NCBI GenBank assembly: GCA_050575255.1
Contig: JBNZDD010013659.1
Coordinates: 1,616,734-1,680,733 of the forward strand
DNA length: 64,000 nucleotides
Reading direction: 5' to 3'
Source: Harriotta raleighana
Lineage: Eukaryota
A program made the position numbers and the translations under genes. Position 1 is the first letter of the stretch. Each line of letters starts with the position of its first letter. Below the pieces are notes generated by a model. The model ran no database searches. It saw only the letters and a program-made list of their open reading frames with translations, and was not told the DNA's origin. Shown here piece by piece: positions 48,270 to 61,803 of the stretch.

Positions 48270-49488
48270 GATAACCCCAGGCTCCTCTTCTCCACCAATA
48301 ATAGTCTCCTTCGTCAACCTTCCTATGCCTCCTATCCTCCTACACCGCCTGTCATCTCAGCTCAATCATCGTGGACACACCCTTGCCTGGTTCAAATTGT
48401 ACTTCTCCCACCGTCTCCACCTTGTCGTCAGTAATGGCATATTCTCCAGCCCCCAGACATGTGATAACATGTGGCTTCTCCCAGGCCTCTGTCTTTGGCC
48501 CTCTACTTTTCAACATCTATATGCTCTCCCTTGGTGACATCATCCACAGACATGAGGTCAACTTCCACACGTATGCGGATGACACCCAACTCTATCTTTC
48601 GATTCCAGGACCACTGCTGTCCTAACTGCCTGTCGAACATCAAGTACTGGATGAGAGCTAACTTTCTAGTTGAATGTCACAAAGACCAAAGTCCTCCTGA
48701 TTGGTTCGTGCTAGCGCCTCCGCACCTCAGTATCAACCTCCATGGTTGCACACTCTACCTCACCAAGCCAGTCAGGAACCTAGGTGTCTTGTTCAATCCT
48801 CAACTGTTTTTTTCCCCCACATTCATGCAGTGATCCGCTATGTCTTTCCTCACTTCTGCAACATTGCCCAACTCCGCCATAACCTCAACCCAAAGGCCAC
48901 TGAAACTTTCACACATGCCTTCATCACATCTATGCCAACGCCCTGCTTGTCAGCCCCCCCAATTCCTCCCTCTAAAGGCTGCAGATCATCTAGAACTCTG
49001 CATCACGTTTCCTCTCCCTCACAAAGCTCTTCGACCCTATTACCTGCATTCTTGCCTAACTCCACTGGCTTCTCATTACTCGGGAGGATGCAATTCAGAA
49101 TCCTGGTCCACACCTTTAAAGCCCTCCTTGGCCTTGCTATCGCTGCGACTCCCTAAACCGTACAACAGTCCACTTTGTCCGCTCAGCGGGCTCCGGCATG
49201 CTCCATGTCCCCCGACACCCACCCCACCATCAGCGGGCGAGCCTTCAGCCACTCTGCCACCAATGTTTGGAATTGCATCCCACAAACCCTCTGCCTCACC
49301 CCCTCCCTAACATTCTTCCAAGTTCTGCCTTAAGACCCTCCTCTTCGACTGTGTCATTGGTCAACCCCTTCCCGTCCCAACGTTCCACCCTCCCCTTCCT
49401 ACCCTCCACCATCCCCTTAACTCTGACTGTCCAACACCTTAGCATCCAATGTGAAAGGTGTTATACAAATGCAATTTTGTTGTGGTTG
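48270..49488 (+). mobile_element. 5'-truncated, degenerate L2 LINE
   Basis: SVFGPLLFNIYMLSLGDIIHRHEVNFHTYADDTQLYL RT motifs, frameshifts, (TTG) tail. Confidence 0.92.
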
Positions 49489-49889
49489 AGTAGTGAACTT
49501 ATGGAACAGGCTCCAGGGATACTATACAGGCATAAAATTTTGATTCTTTTAAGAACAAATTAGACAATTTCTGTTAGAAAATAATATCTTAGGATACAGT
49601 TTAGTTTGGGACATGACCGGGCATCCTAACACTATATTGAAGTATCAGCCTACACAAGTATATCAGCTACATGAGTCCCAACAAGCGGCATGAACCCACA
49701 GCTTTCTGAAACTTAAGACAAGAGTGCGACCAACTGAGCCAAGCTTATACCTTAAACATTTGTTCAACTGACTTTGACCCCACCCCATCATTAAGGAAGT
49801 ACTATTGTGTTCCTAGTAAGAATACTGTACCTCCAGAGGGAAAGCCTGACCATATTGTCTGCTCTCTTAAGTTATTACTTTCTAGCAGA

Positions 49890-50900
49890 AATGCTGACTC
49901 GCTATCAACCTGTTCACCCCCTCCGTTCAGCGGGCTCAGATCTGCTCCATGTCTCCCACCTGACCCATCCTACGATCCGTGACCGGGCTTTCAGCCTCTC
50001 TGCCCTCAAACTGGAACTCCATACCACAGGCCCTTCACCCCGCTTCCTCTCTTGCCTCCTTCAACGCTGGTCTCAAGACCCTCCTTTTCGATCGTGCCTT
50101 CTGCTGCCCTCCCACCTCTCTCATTCCCCTCCCCTGCTCGGGTCCCAACCCCTGACTGTTCAGCATCTTGGGATGTCGTCCCAAAGTGAAAGACACTCTA
50201 TAAATGAAATTTTGTTGTTGTTTCAGTTCCACCCTGAATTATCCTTCCTCCCCACATCCAGTCCCTCACCAGCACCGCCTTCTTCCATCTCCTCCACATT
50301 GCCCGTCTCAGCCAATATCTCACTCCAAAAGCTGTCAGAACCCATGTCTTGGCTGGACTACTCCAGCACTCTCCTTGCTAGTCTCCCCTCCACCACCATT
50401 CATAAAATCCAGCTCATACAGAACTCTGCTGCCTGCACTCTCACCCTAACCCAACTTCGCACTCTGATTACCCCAGTCCTCGTCAGGTTTCACTGGCTCC
50501 CTATCACAGAGCAGATCAAATTCAAGATCCTCACTTTTGTATTTAAATCTCTCCACTAAACTGCACCCCCCCATCTCCCTAACCTCCTCTTTTCTCACGG
50601 CAGTATCCGTTGCCTCCGCTCTACTGGATCTGGCCTCCTCCCTGTCCCCGTATTCTCCGCTTCACTAACAGTGGCCATGCTTTTAGCCACTACACCGCGA
50701 AAGTCTGGAGCTCTCTCCCTCATATCCTTTCTCCTCACCCCTTCCTTTCCCATCTTCAGGTCACGCCTGAAGATTTTGCTTTCGACTGTGCCTACAGTCA
50801 CCTTTCTGCTCCCCTAGCTCGACCCTGGACTTCGCTATTGTGAAGCACTCCGAGACTCTGTTTGGAGTGGAGAGCGCTATATAGATGTTACTATTGTTCA
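49890..50900 (+). mobile_element. Two consecutive L2 3' fragments (49890-50222 and 50225-50900)
   Basis: IRDRAFSLSA and IQLIQNSAA...FHWLPI..QIKFKIL motifs, two separate tails. The 250-aa ORF is a chance read-through. Confidence 0.85.
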
Positions 50901-52748
50901 CAGGTTCTTTTAACTGTACAATTACAATGAAAAAGTTTAGTTGTTCTTAACTTTTTTCATTAGTTAATTGTATAATTAATGAGGGTTGTAATTCCCTCGG
51001 TACAAGTAGATGTGTTGTACATATGTGTTTACACTTGACACATAATAGACCCAATTGACTTTACATTAGCACCTCTCCATTCTATCCTTTTGGTTACTTT
51101 CCCAGATGGATTTCAATATTTCAGGTGCTGTGTAGAATTTCAGGACTGTCACGTTTAATCTACCTCAACTCCCAACAGCATTCAGACTGTTGCTACATTC
51201 TTGTAAACATAAATATACATTAACCGTTTTTTTCCCCCAGAGCAAAGTTATGATTGGAATCAAGCTCAGGAAACTCTGACTGAAACCATCCCTAAATTGA
51301 CTTATAGAACAAGGGTTTTAGCAACAACTGAAGACATCTGTGAAGAAACACATTCCTTTCCTCTTAAAAAAAACCCATAAAACATCCAATGCTGGACAAT
51401 TATGACAAGGTCAACCTGGCAAACAAGACAATCGTTTCCAAGTACGGTTACTGTTGCTGCCAAAAAATACAAATCCTCATAAGCATATATTCTTTGACTG
51501 ATAGCTCAGTAGATACACACTTGGCTTGGTATTGAGCCAGGTTCAATCCTAAATCTGATTGAGTTATCTGATCTCATCAAGGTCTACAATTGGACGCAGA
51601 CCCAGGGTTAGGTAAAGGAAATAGTCAGGGTTCATAGCCTTGATACCCTTCTTAGTTCAATAGTCTGCTGGCAGATTCATGGGTGATGGGTCAAATATTG
51701 CATGAGGAGAGGAGGTAGGTTGGAAAACACATGGAGCCATAAATCCTCTCATAAATTGCTGCCTTCTGCAAAGAGAGGAAATATAATCCTTCTATTCCTT
51801 TAGTTCACAGCGTATATTTTCAAGTCATAATTTACACCTTTTGTTTTCAAGAGGCTACTCCATGTGAAGTCAGCTATATAAATGCAAGCCATCATTATTG
51901 TTTGCATTGTGATGTTTGGGCATATTTCAGGGTACATCAATGGGTTGATGGAATATAGATGAAATAGGCCCAACATATATTAAAATAAATACAAACTACA
52001 ACATCACCCACAATACTTTGCTCTGTAACGCCAACCAATACACGTCTGAACAGTGTCACAAATTAGTGTCTGTGAATATTAAATTATGCCAACTGCATTC
52101 TTCTAAGCATCCAAAAGCCCTGAAGCCATCAAGACACACTTCGATGATTTTTACTTTAAGATCACTTCCGACTGAGCTATCCCATTACTGGCTCTAGAAA
52201 CTTGTTCATTTTACAGTATATTCTGTGAAGCGCTTTCAGATGTTTGAATGATGTAATAAGTCGCTAGATCAAATGCAAACATAATTATTATTTTGGGCAA
52301 TTTTGCTCCCTGTGCCGGAACCATTATACGATGGCAACGATCAGAAAAACAAACTGTAAATAGGTTTAACCATCTCTGTCCGTAAAGGTTAGTACCTGCC
52401 TCAGACACTAATGCCTTAGGTTGCTACTTTTTCCACTACTGTTGGTCCAAATCAGCAGAGGTTCAGCTGGTAGTACTGTAGATGCATAATGTAAAAGCGA
52501 TATTGAATTAGATCAGGTTAACTTCAATGAGTCTTAAGTGTCACATTTTAATTAAGTGTAACGCTGGGATCCGCATTCAATGTCTGGACATCCAAACGAT
52601 CAAATCAAATGCATTTGATATGCTACTTGCATACTCAGGATTGTCTGAATGGTCACAGTAAAAAAGATTCTTGGCCTTCAAAAGCAATCGGATGAACAGA
52701 CATTTCTCAAGAACTATTGTTTTGGCCTGAGCAAGTTTTCACCTCCCA

Positions 52749-52751
<3 letters not shown>

Positions 52752-52779
<28 letters not shown>
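52752..52779. repeat. (GA)n microsatellite; others at about 9596-9631 (GA), 21575-21603 (CA), 46599-46617 (TG), 62531-62554 (TA)
   Basis: Read directly from the sequence. Confidence 0.9.
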
Positions 52780-52782
<3 letters not shown>

Positions 52783-53149
52783 CTGAGATTGATGATTGTT
52801 CATTTTAAGTGGGGGAAAAGGGGAAAGTGACGCTTACTACCTGGAGAAAATTCCTAACGTTGAGGTTAGACATGGAACTCCATTGGCAAACTTATGTTTT
52901 CACATGAGTTGCACCTCATAAAAATGACTGATATTTCACTGCTACCAAATGGTCCTACAAATCCAGCCTACGTAAATCTATTGAGCGTTCCTGTGTTTAC
53001 ACCTAGCAGTGTGTTTTCGCATCTTAATAAAGCTGACATAGTCCACATACTGTCAATAAAGAAACATTCAAAGCTTGAATAACTCATTATCAATTAATGG
53101 CAAATATTGTCTTTTTTGCTTATTTGTATTAACTTTTTGCTAACTTTAG

Positions 53150-53462
53150 AGTCCTGTGGCTCAGTGGTTAGAGCACTCTCCTTACAAGCATGAGATCTGT
53201 GTTTGAATCAGGGCAGGTCAGGGTGAAACCTTGGCCAAGTTTCCTTACTCCACACGCCTAATAATAATCCCTCAAAAAAACACAATAATAAAATTAGTCA
53301 TTTCAATCCACGCCTGTTTGTGTGGGACACTGCTGTGCTGAATTGGCTGCTGTGTTTCGCCCATAGGTATGCAGTCAATTCACTTTGCAGGACATTCTGT
53401 GAAGCACTTTGAGACATCTATAAGACGTGAAAAGCACCATATCAAAATACAAAGATTATTAT
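53150..53462 (+). mobile_element. Full-length tRNA-headed SINE
   Basis: agtcctgtggctcagtggttagagc head, body and tail. An inverted tail fragment follows at about 53505-53566. Confidence 0.88.
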
Positions 53463-53609
53463 ATTAATTTTGCAGATAGTGTATAATCATCTGATTTAGC
53501 CAGACAATAATAATCATAATAATCCTTGCATTTGATATAGCGCTTTTCACATTCTATCGACGTCTCAATTTGCATTCAGCTATGGATTTCTCGAGAAACA
53601 ATTTCAGTC

Positions 53610-53915
53610 AGCCCTGTCTGAATTGGTAGTACTCTCACCCGTGAGTCAGAAGGTTGCCAGTTCAAAACACATATTGAGATTTGAACTCACACACTGAGCC
53701 GACCCTCCATTGCACCGTTGGGGGTGCCTCACATTGTCATTGGTGCCATCCTTTGGATGACATGTTAAAACTGAGGTCCCAACTGTTCCTGATGTGAAAG
53801 CTCTCCTAGCACAACTCAAAATAGAGTAGGGGATTTCTCCATGTATCCTGGCCAATAATCCTCCAAATAAATTTGGTCTATGACTCTGTTTGGGGGACAT
53901 TGCTGTGGGAACTAG
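53610..53915 (+). mobile_element. Deu-domain SINE
   Basis: gagtcagaaggttg head and cattgtcattggtgccatcctttggatgacatgttaaaactgaggtccc Deu core. Confidence 0.7.
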
Positions 53916-55285
53916 CAAGTGACCATAAAAGAATCAGTCTATGTATGTCGAAGAAACTGCAATGAAGACTAACTGAAGCTGTAAGTGCTGATCTAAACGT
54001 TTTTCCTCTTGCTCCCATCCCCACCTGTGGGGGACTCCATGCATGGCCCTCTTCTTCTCCTTATTTAAATGCCCAGCCACTAAACCCCCAAATACCCATA
54101 CCCCTTTTAAAGATCACGTCTCAAGACCTTTCTTTGCGACTATGCTTAACCTCACCCCTTCCCCCACCACCGCTCGGCATCAGGATCCGGCACTATTAAG
54201 CGCTCCAAAACACTATCCTGCATGTTGAGTGCTATACAAATGCAAGTTGTTGTTGAATGCACACAGAACATCTGAAAAAAAACTGAACCTTCCAACTGTC
54301 AGCAGAACTTTACATTTGGAAAGAATCGCAAGGCTCAACTTTAGCCTAGGTTATCATCTCATGTGTCATTGATAGGTTTACGCAATCTCAGACATATTGT
54401 TAGTCAGGGCACTAACCCCAGCACATTACTCCATCCAACAAGTAAAAGAAAAGCTGACAGTGTCTGTCTATCATTCAAAAGTAGGCCTTGTGCCAGGAGA
54501 GGGGAAAAAATGTCATTAACAGAAGCTATTGCCTAGAGAGGAGGAAAAGTGAAAGGTGGCAATTCTTAATGAACTCATAAGCTTCCTGAAGGATGACCAA
54601 CAGGGATCGAAGGGTACGGGGGGGGGGGGGGACACGGGACACAAAAAGCATTGTAAAGCTAGAAAAGCACAAATTTTCTTTCAATTTGAGGGTATAGATC
54701 ATTAGTAGGGAGTTTCAGAACAAGTCAGAAAATCACATCTTGCCTAAAATTTAAATATTGTACTGCAATGCTGGACTTTATCGGTCCATGTAACACCACA
54801 TCATGCATATACTGTGCATGTGTGAGATTAATATAGCAATATGCTACGACTGGCAGGGTTGATGGTATGGTTGCTTGGATTTTTACAATCAATCTGTCTT
54901 TCTTACGGTGGTGGGGAGAGGAGGGATAAGTGAAATCCCCATGGAGCTCAAAGGTGACATAGTTGGCAATGGAATGTCGGGATCGAGTCCACCTTGTGGG
55001 GTGATCTCAATAGTCCACTTTGCAGTGCTCCAGGGCACGGCTGGTGACAGCCCAGCCAGTTTAGATCACGTGGTACACTTCGAAGTGCAGATCAGCTTTT
55101 TCCTTTATGGGACACTGCTTTACCTAAATTGGCTGCTGAGGTGAAGGATGATGAAGTGATAAATATGTGGATAATCATGTGGTTTAAAGATACTTCAGAC
55201 TAATTTACTTCATTCATTTGTCGTCGTCCCCACCACCATTTCATGTAGGACCAGCATCTGCCAGAGGGCAGTGACACATTTCACT

Positions 55286-55420
55286 TAATAATAATAATCC
55301 TTGCATTTTATATAGCGCTTTTCGCATCTTCTAGACATCTCAAAGCGCTTCACAGAATTTACTGTAAAGTGAATAGACTGTATATATTTGTGGGCGAAAC
55401 GCAGCAGCCTATTGCGCACC
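55286..55420 (-). mobile_element. SINE 3' fragment
   Basis: aataataataatccttgcatttt...cagcagcctattgcgcac. Confidence 0.8.
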
Positions 55421-56759
55421 ACAACATTCTATGAAAGTACACAGCGCCACTTTACAAGACCACTCATCACCTTTCTCCTGCAGCAAAAAGACAAGTAAAT
55501 TTAAATTATCAGGATTATTGATGCCATTTGTATTGCTTTTCTCTCCCATACCCCACCCGGCCTGTATCTTTACTCAATTTTTCAAGTTTAATCAAAAGCA
55601 GTTTCTAATGGGTGAGTGGAAAATTTGCTCAGACTGAAACAGTTAACGGGGAGGCATATTAAACCTAGGAAGCTGCAAACTGCAGAAACTTTTGTGAACA
55701 CAAATAAATGACATACAAGTACCCCAATCAGACAAGCCTTCCATGATGTAACCACATGCAGATCAGCGGGGAGCAGTCAGAACAGGCGTTCTGCTTTGCA
55801 ATTGGCCAGATTTCTGTCAGAAGACATCATAAGATGATCAGTATTGGTCAGATAGCCTCAGTTGAAGTGGGCGATTCTCAGTGCTTAGTGCACATGGTTC
55901 CACTCTATGGGCCGTAACATGAAAGGATTGCAAAAATAATGATTTCGAAATGTACCTAAAGCCCTGCCTGATAAGCAGCTGAATTGTTTTTTTTAAAAAC
56001 TTTCATTCAAACCGTCATATGTTAACCCCAGTACTCCACCAAAAGCTGCAACAGAATTTAAATGCATGTATACTTTCTTTCACTTTAAGGTTTATTGAAA
56101 TGAAACCATTCTGTCCTGTCAATATGTCAATCCATGCTGAATTGCTGAAAAATAAAAACCTGCTATTTTATCAAGCTGTTTCAACAGAGGGAACTCTTGT
56201 CTTATTTCCAAAATATGAAGAATGTCTTAGCCATTCCTACGTACATATTTCATGTACATATTAAATATTAAAATAACTTGCACAACAAGGATTCTTTTAA
56301 AACTGTTGCTAAGATCACATTTTCTTTGACATCCTGTAACTTTTAGTACAGATCAAAGTACAGCTGAAGTGCTCTTCTATGAAAACCACTGAATTGTGCC
56401 AGAAGATACCAGTCTTCATTAACAACTAACTGTTGATTTTTCACATGTAGCAGAAAAATACAACAGGAAGAATAAAGTCATATCCTATTCAAACTGAACT
56501 AAGGAGTGGCCAGCTAATCACACTGATGCATCCGAAAAGCAAAAATCTAATCATGCGGTACCTGTATTCCTTTTATCTTTTTCTATAACAGCAGAAAACC
56601 TACCAATTCCTCACCTGTGTTGAGGCCTTGTTCTTTCAACGTTGCGAATGACCTGGTGTGCAACCACTTCCCCCCTCCCCAATCCTCATACGTGTTGTAA
56701 AGTAAGATACTAAAGATTTTGGGGGCAATTTCACTCCCTCTATGTTTTAACATTATTAA

Positions 56760-57027
56760 TACCTCTTCTACCCAGTTCTGTTGCAATTCCCCCTTTTGTT
56801 TCACAATATTAACAACTCTTTAACCCATCATCTCCTGACCTCTACCCCATTTTCCCCTTTGTCTTCCTTGCCCTGCCTCCTCCTCTCTGTTGATCCTTAA
56901 AAGCCTCTCCCTCCCAACATGCCCCAGTTCTGACGATGGGTCGTGGACCCGAAATGTTGACTCATTTTTCCTTTCTCCATAGATGTTACCTGACCTGCTG
57001 AATGTTCCCAGCAATTTCTGTTTTTGT
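56760..57027 (+). mobile_element. Penelope-type terminal repeat fragment
   Basis: Pyrimidine-rich leader, then hammerhead motif and catagatgttacctgacctgctgaatgttcccagc, homologous to 22693-22835. Left boundary approximate. Confidence 0.7.
56926..56962 (+). ncRNA. Minimal type I hammerhead ribozyme motif
   Basis: AGUU-CUGACGA-U-GGGUC-GUG-GACCC-GAAA-UG-UU-GACU: perfect stem II, C>U change in stem III. Confidence 0.65.
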
Positions 57028-59740
57028 AATGTAAGATGTTTTCATGAAAGAAAAAACTCTTGGAATTTGCTACGACAGGTGAATTATTATTTCAATTATG
57101 GGATGGGAACAGGTTTTTCAATATGAAGAATGTGGTTACAAGGTCAGGAAGTGCAGAGAACAACCAAGCCCACCTTCCATAAACACACAAGGTGAAATTG
57201 AATCACTGCCATCGTAGCAGTCTTCTATCACTTTCGATAACACTATACACACTGTAATCAAACAAGTAGCTCCAAGTTTACAAACCAGAATTATGGCTTA
57301 GCAACTGGTCATCATTATCAGCAGCCATAAAGGTATCATTTCTGGAAGTTACAGTCATAACTGTAATGCAACATAGCAAATCAAGAGATCCTCGGGTTTC
57401 TCCACAGTGAGTTGGAATCATCACCAAAACAGTACAATGGGTCAATTTGAGTGACGCAAATAGATCACAACTTTTATTTTTCTCTCACTTGCAAGTGAAA
57501 ATAAGGTCACTGCCAGAGCTCAGGAAATCATGGTGACAATCTCTTCCAAAACCTTGCTTGCTGCTCAAACCTTATTCTGCACACTGAAGCCAGCCATTGC
57601 AACTCAACCTACATGGCTACTAACCCCGAATGCCTTCAGGAATGATTGGTATTCAAAACCTTTCCAGTGCCTGTTAAAATGTAGGTTAAATTTCCAAAAC
57701 ACAGGGCTTTATTCCAGACTACAATCAAGAATCCAACAATGACAAATCCCATTTTTGCAGCAATTAAAAGCACTGGGAAAACAGAACAAGTCATTTATGG
57801 GAACCCTGACTACTACTGTATTTAGAGGCATCCCTTCAATAAAAAAAGTTGTTAATAAAGCATTTTATTGAAAGGGGTGGTGGGAGGAGAATTGTGCATC
57901 ATTTTCCAGTACCATCAAATCATGTTCTCAAGTGACCCATTAACAATATAAAAACTATAATCTGTTTTACTTTACAATTTATAAACGTGTGAGGGGGAAC
58001 TTTGCCACAGACTTTTTTTCCCATGAGAAAAGTAGCTCTTTAATGTCTTCGTTAAATAACCTTATGTTGTATCTGAAATTAGAGTGGGGTATGGAAGAGT
58101 TCTGCTGTTGAAGCCAGTTTTTATATAGGGTGTGATTCTTTATTGGTGCGAGATTGGTCATACAATTAATCTCACATCAATGAAGAATGTACTGGGATAG
58201 ATCATTTCAACAGAATCAGTTTCATCAATGAAAGTAGATTTTGACAACAGGTTCACAATAACAACAACTTTGATTAATATAGCGCCCTCCATGCTGGATG
58301 GCGTCCCAGAGCGCTTCAACACAGTGACAAGCATTGCACTGTACAATCCTACACCATGCTCGCAGTGGAACCGGACAGACTCCAGTGCAGCTACTGTGAA
58401 CAGAAAATGAAGTGATAAGAGAAGTCTACAACTCTTCAATATTTTGGCAAAGCACATTGAGGCTGAAATCTTACACGACTGAATTTAAAGTGATTTCTGT
58501 TAGCCGAAACCCTCCGCCATGTGACTGCATACCATTCAAAACAGAAAGCTACACCAAACTGGATCCATGGGGGGAAAACACTCTCGCTGGCAAATGTGCA
58601 ACTTCATACACTTCATACAAATCAAAAAGAGTGATAAGTCACCTGCAACCCCCCAAAAATGATCATGATCTAAAATTCTGTCAATTGAACTGTTTGCGTT
58701 AACCCTCTCCCAATGAAACTCTTTGTATTAATCCTCTCTGAATGAAACGGTGTTTGTACTAACCCTTGCTCACTTGGTACACAAATAATGAAGCGTTCAC
58801 CGACTGCTTACTCTGTCATAGCTGTCACTATTTGCAGTGGGGACGCCACCTGATTAGCAATCTTAAGCAATCTAATCTTTCGGCCACATATATACAATCA
58901 ATTCACTTAAGCGCTTTGAGATGTCCAGAAGGCGTGAAAAGCGCTCTATCATATGCAAGGATTAACATTATTATTAAAGGCTATCGATGACTTGTTTCAT
59001 ACAAGAACATAAGAATTTGCTCGGCGAAAGACGACCAGGGTCCATCCAGTTGGCTGGCCTCCCACCATCCTGGCAGTCGCTTGCCCATGTCATGTCCCAA
59101 ACTATACGCTGAACACAAGCACATAAGAATTGCTGGGGGAAAGAAGATCAAAAAAAACAACCAGGTGTTCGGTTCATTTCTGGCACAGTCTCTGCAGGAG
59201 AAGCCAGAGCTAACGTGATGTGCATGGGCTGGGGGGGAGAGCTGTCTGCACGTGTTTCAATGTCTGTTCAAGCGTTTGGCTCAAATTGTACAGTAAAATA
59301 ACATACACACACATACATACACACACACACAGTCTGCCGGATTACACCGATGCTGCAACACGGCGGAATATATATATATTTTTTTGGGGGGAGGGGATAA
59401 AAAGGGCTTTAAGTCTTCCTCCGGCTCTTTATGACTTGCCACAAAGATGCCCCCCCCCCCCCACACACCCACACACACACCCAGACACACACCCACTGCT
59501 GTGCATCGGTGTCTTGTGAGGAGACGTGCAAACAGGGAAGGGAATTCAGGAAAACCCAGCCCAGAAAGTCTCCAGGAGCCACAGTGCTCCCCTCCTCACA
59601 GCCACCCTGGGGGAGGCTGCCTCACTGAGGGGTGAGGGGGGGGGGAGGCTGCCTCACTGTGGGGTGAGGGGGGTAGTTTGCATGGCTGGTTTTTATGAAT
59701 CAAAAAACACAGGTTCACTGCAGTTGGCTCAATGAACAGC

Positions 59741-60775
59741 NNNNNNNNNNNNNNNNNNNNNNNNNNNNNNNNNNNNNNNNNNNNNNNNNNNNNNNNNNNN
59801 NNNNNNNNNNNNNNNNNNNNNNNNNNNNNNNNNNNNNNNNNNNNNNNNNNNNNNNNNNNNNNNNNNNNNNNNNNNNNNNNNNNNNNNNNNNNNNNNNNNN
59901 NNNNNNNNNNNNNNNNNNNNNNNNNNNNNNNNNNNNNNNNNNNNNNNNNNNNNNNNNNNNNNNNNNNNNNNNNNNNNNNNNNAGACAGACNNNNNNNNNN
60001 NNNNNNNNNNNNNNNNNNNNNNNNNNNNNNNNNNNNNNNNNNNNNNNNNNNNNNNNNNNNNNNNNNNNNNNNNNNNNNNNNNNNNNNNNNNNNNNNNNNN
60101 NNNNNNNNNNNNNNNNNNNNNNNNNNNNNNNNNNNNNNNNNNNNNNNNNNNNNNNNNNNNNNNNNNNNNNNNNNNNNNNNNNNNNNNNNNNNNNNNNNNN
60201 NNNNNNNNNNNNNNNNNNNNNNNNNNNNNNNNNNNNNNNNNNNNNNNNNNNNNNNNNNNNNNNNNNNNNNNNNNNNNNNNNNNNNNNNNNNNNNNNNNNN
60301 NNNNNNNNNNNNNNNNNNNNNNNNNNNNNNNNNNNNNNNNNNNNNNNNNNNNNNNNNNNNNNNNNNNNNNNNNNNNNNNNNNNNNNNNNNNNNNNNNNNN
60401 NNNNNNNNNNNNNNNNNNNNNNNNNNNNNNNNNNNNNNNNNNNNNNNNNNNNNNNNNNNNNNNNNNNNNNNNNNNNNNNNNNNNNNNNCACAGCGTCACA
60501 GACACACACCAGAGACACAGACACACACACAGAAACACAGACACACACAGAAACACAGACGTAGACACATACAGAGACAGACNNNNNNNNNNNNNNNNNN
60601 NNNNNNNNNNNNNNNNNNNNNNNNNNNNNNNNNNNNNNNNNNNNNNNNNNNNNNNNNNNNNNNNNNNNNNNNNNNNNNNNNNNNNNNNNNNNNNNNNNNN
60701 NNNNNNNNNNNNNNNNNNNNNNNNNNNNNNNNNNNNNNNNNNNNNNNNNNNNNNNNNNNNNNNNNNNNNNNNNNN
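59741..60775. other. Assembly gaps (N at 59741-59982, 59991-60488, 60583-60775) in a CA/GA-rich tract
   Basis: N runs interleaved with (CA/GA) low-complexity sequence that continues to 61015. Confidence 0.98.
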
Positions 60776-61020
60776 ACTGTCACAGAGATACAGAGAGTCA
60801 CAGAGACACAGTCACATACACACACACACACAGTCACAGAGAGACAGTCACAGAGACACACAAACACACAGAAACCACAGACAGACAACACAGAAAGAAC
60901 ACAACACAGACAGACACACAGAAACACACAGACAGACACACAGAAACACACAGACAGACACACAGAAACACACAGACAGACACACAGAAACACACAGACA
61001 GACAACACAGAAACACTTAC

Positions 61021-61109
61021 CAGTTTTCCTGCATCCATTGAATGGCTTCTCTCTCATTGAACTGTCTCTCGAATTCATATTCCTGCAGAGCCAGCACTGA
61101 CATATTCAT
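61021..61109 (-). CDS. elovl6: ELOVL fatty acid elongase 6, coding exon 1 (89 nt)
   Basis: Reverse complement reads ATG AAT ATG TCA... = [30 protein letters not shown], matching the vertebrate ELOVL6 N-terminus. Followed by donor GTAAGT at 61020 (phase 2). Confidence 0.97.
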
Positions 61110-61713
61110 AGGTTGTGATAGTATTATTATGTATAGTGTTGCTTGTCCCCTCCCCACTCACTTCTCTGTGTGTGTGTGTGTGTGAGTCTATCCCTGCAGC
61201 CTGTTTGCTATGTGTGTGTGTGTGTCTATCCCTGCAGTCCCTGTTTGCTCTCAGTGTGAGTGTGTGTGTGTGTATCCCTGCAGCCTGTTTGCTGTGTGTG
61301 TGTGTGTGAGGGAGGGAGTCTATCCCTGTTTGCTCTCCTGCTCCCTGATCCCGGTGGTTGGTGTGTGACTGAGTGTTTGCTGCAGAGCCTGGTGTGTGTG
61401 TATGTGAGAGAGTGTGTGGCTGCCGGCTCTGCTCTGATTGTGCATCGCCTCTCTCTCTCTCTNATAGACACACAGTCACAGGGACACACAGAGACACAGT
61501 CACAGAGACACAGACACGTCGCAGAGACACACAGACACAGTGACAGAGGGACACACAGTCACAGAGACAGTCACAGAGACACACAGACACAGTGACAGAG
61601 ACACACACAGTCACAGAGAGACAGTCACAGAGACACACAAACACACAGAAACCACAGACAGACACACANTCTGAATGCCACTCTCACACAGCGCTAGCAG
61701 CGCGGTCCTAGCG

Positions 61714-61803
<90 letters not shown>

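Noticed and set aside
49807-50559. 250-aa ORF
   Set aside because: Chance read-through of two adjacent L2 fragments.
59741-60488. Possibility that a coding exon is hidden in the N gap
   Set aside because: The four visible exons already give a complete, in-frame 265-aa ELOVL6.
59695-61665. Long ORFs of 180-442 aa
   Set aside because: Produced by N runs and CA/GA microsatellites; only 61021-61109 is coding.
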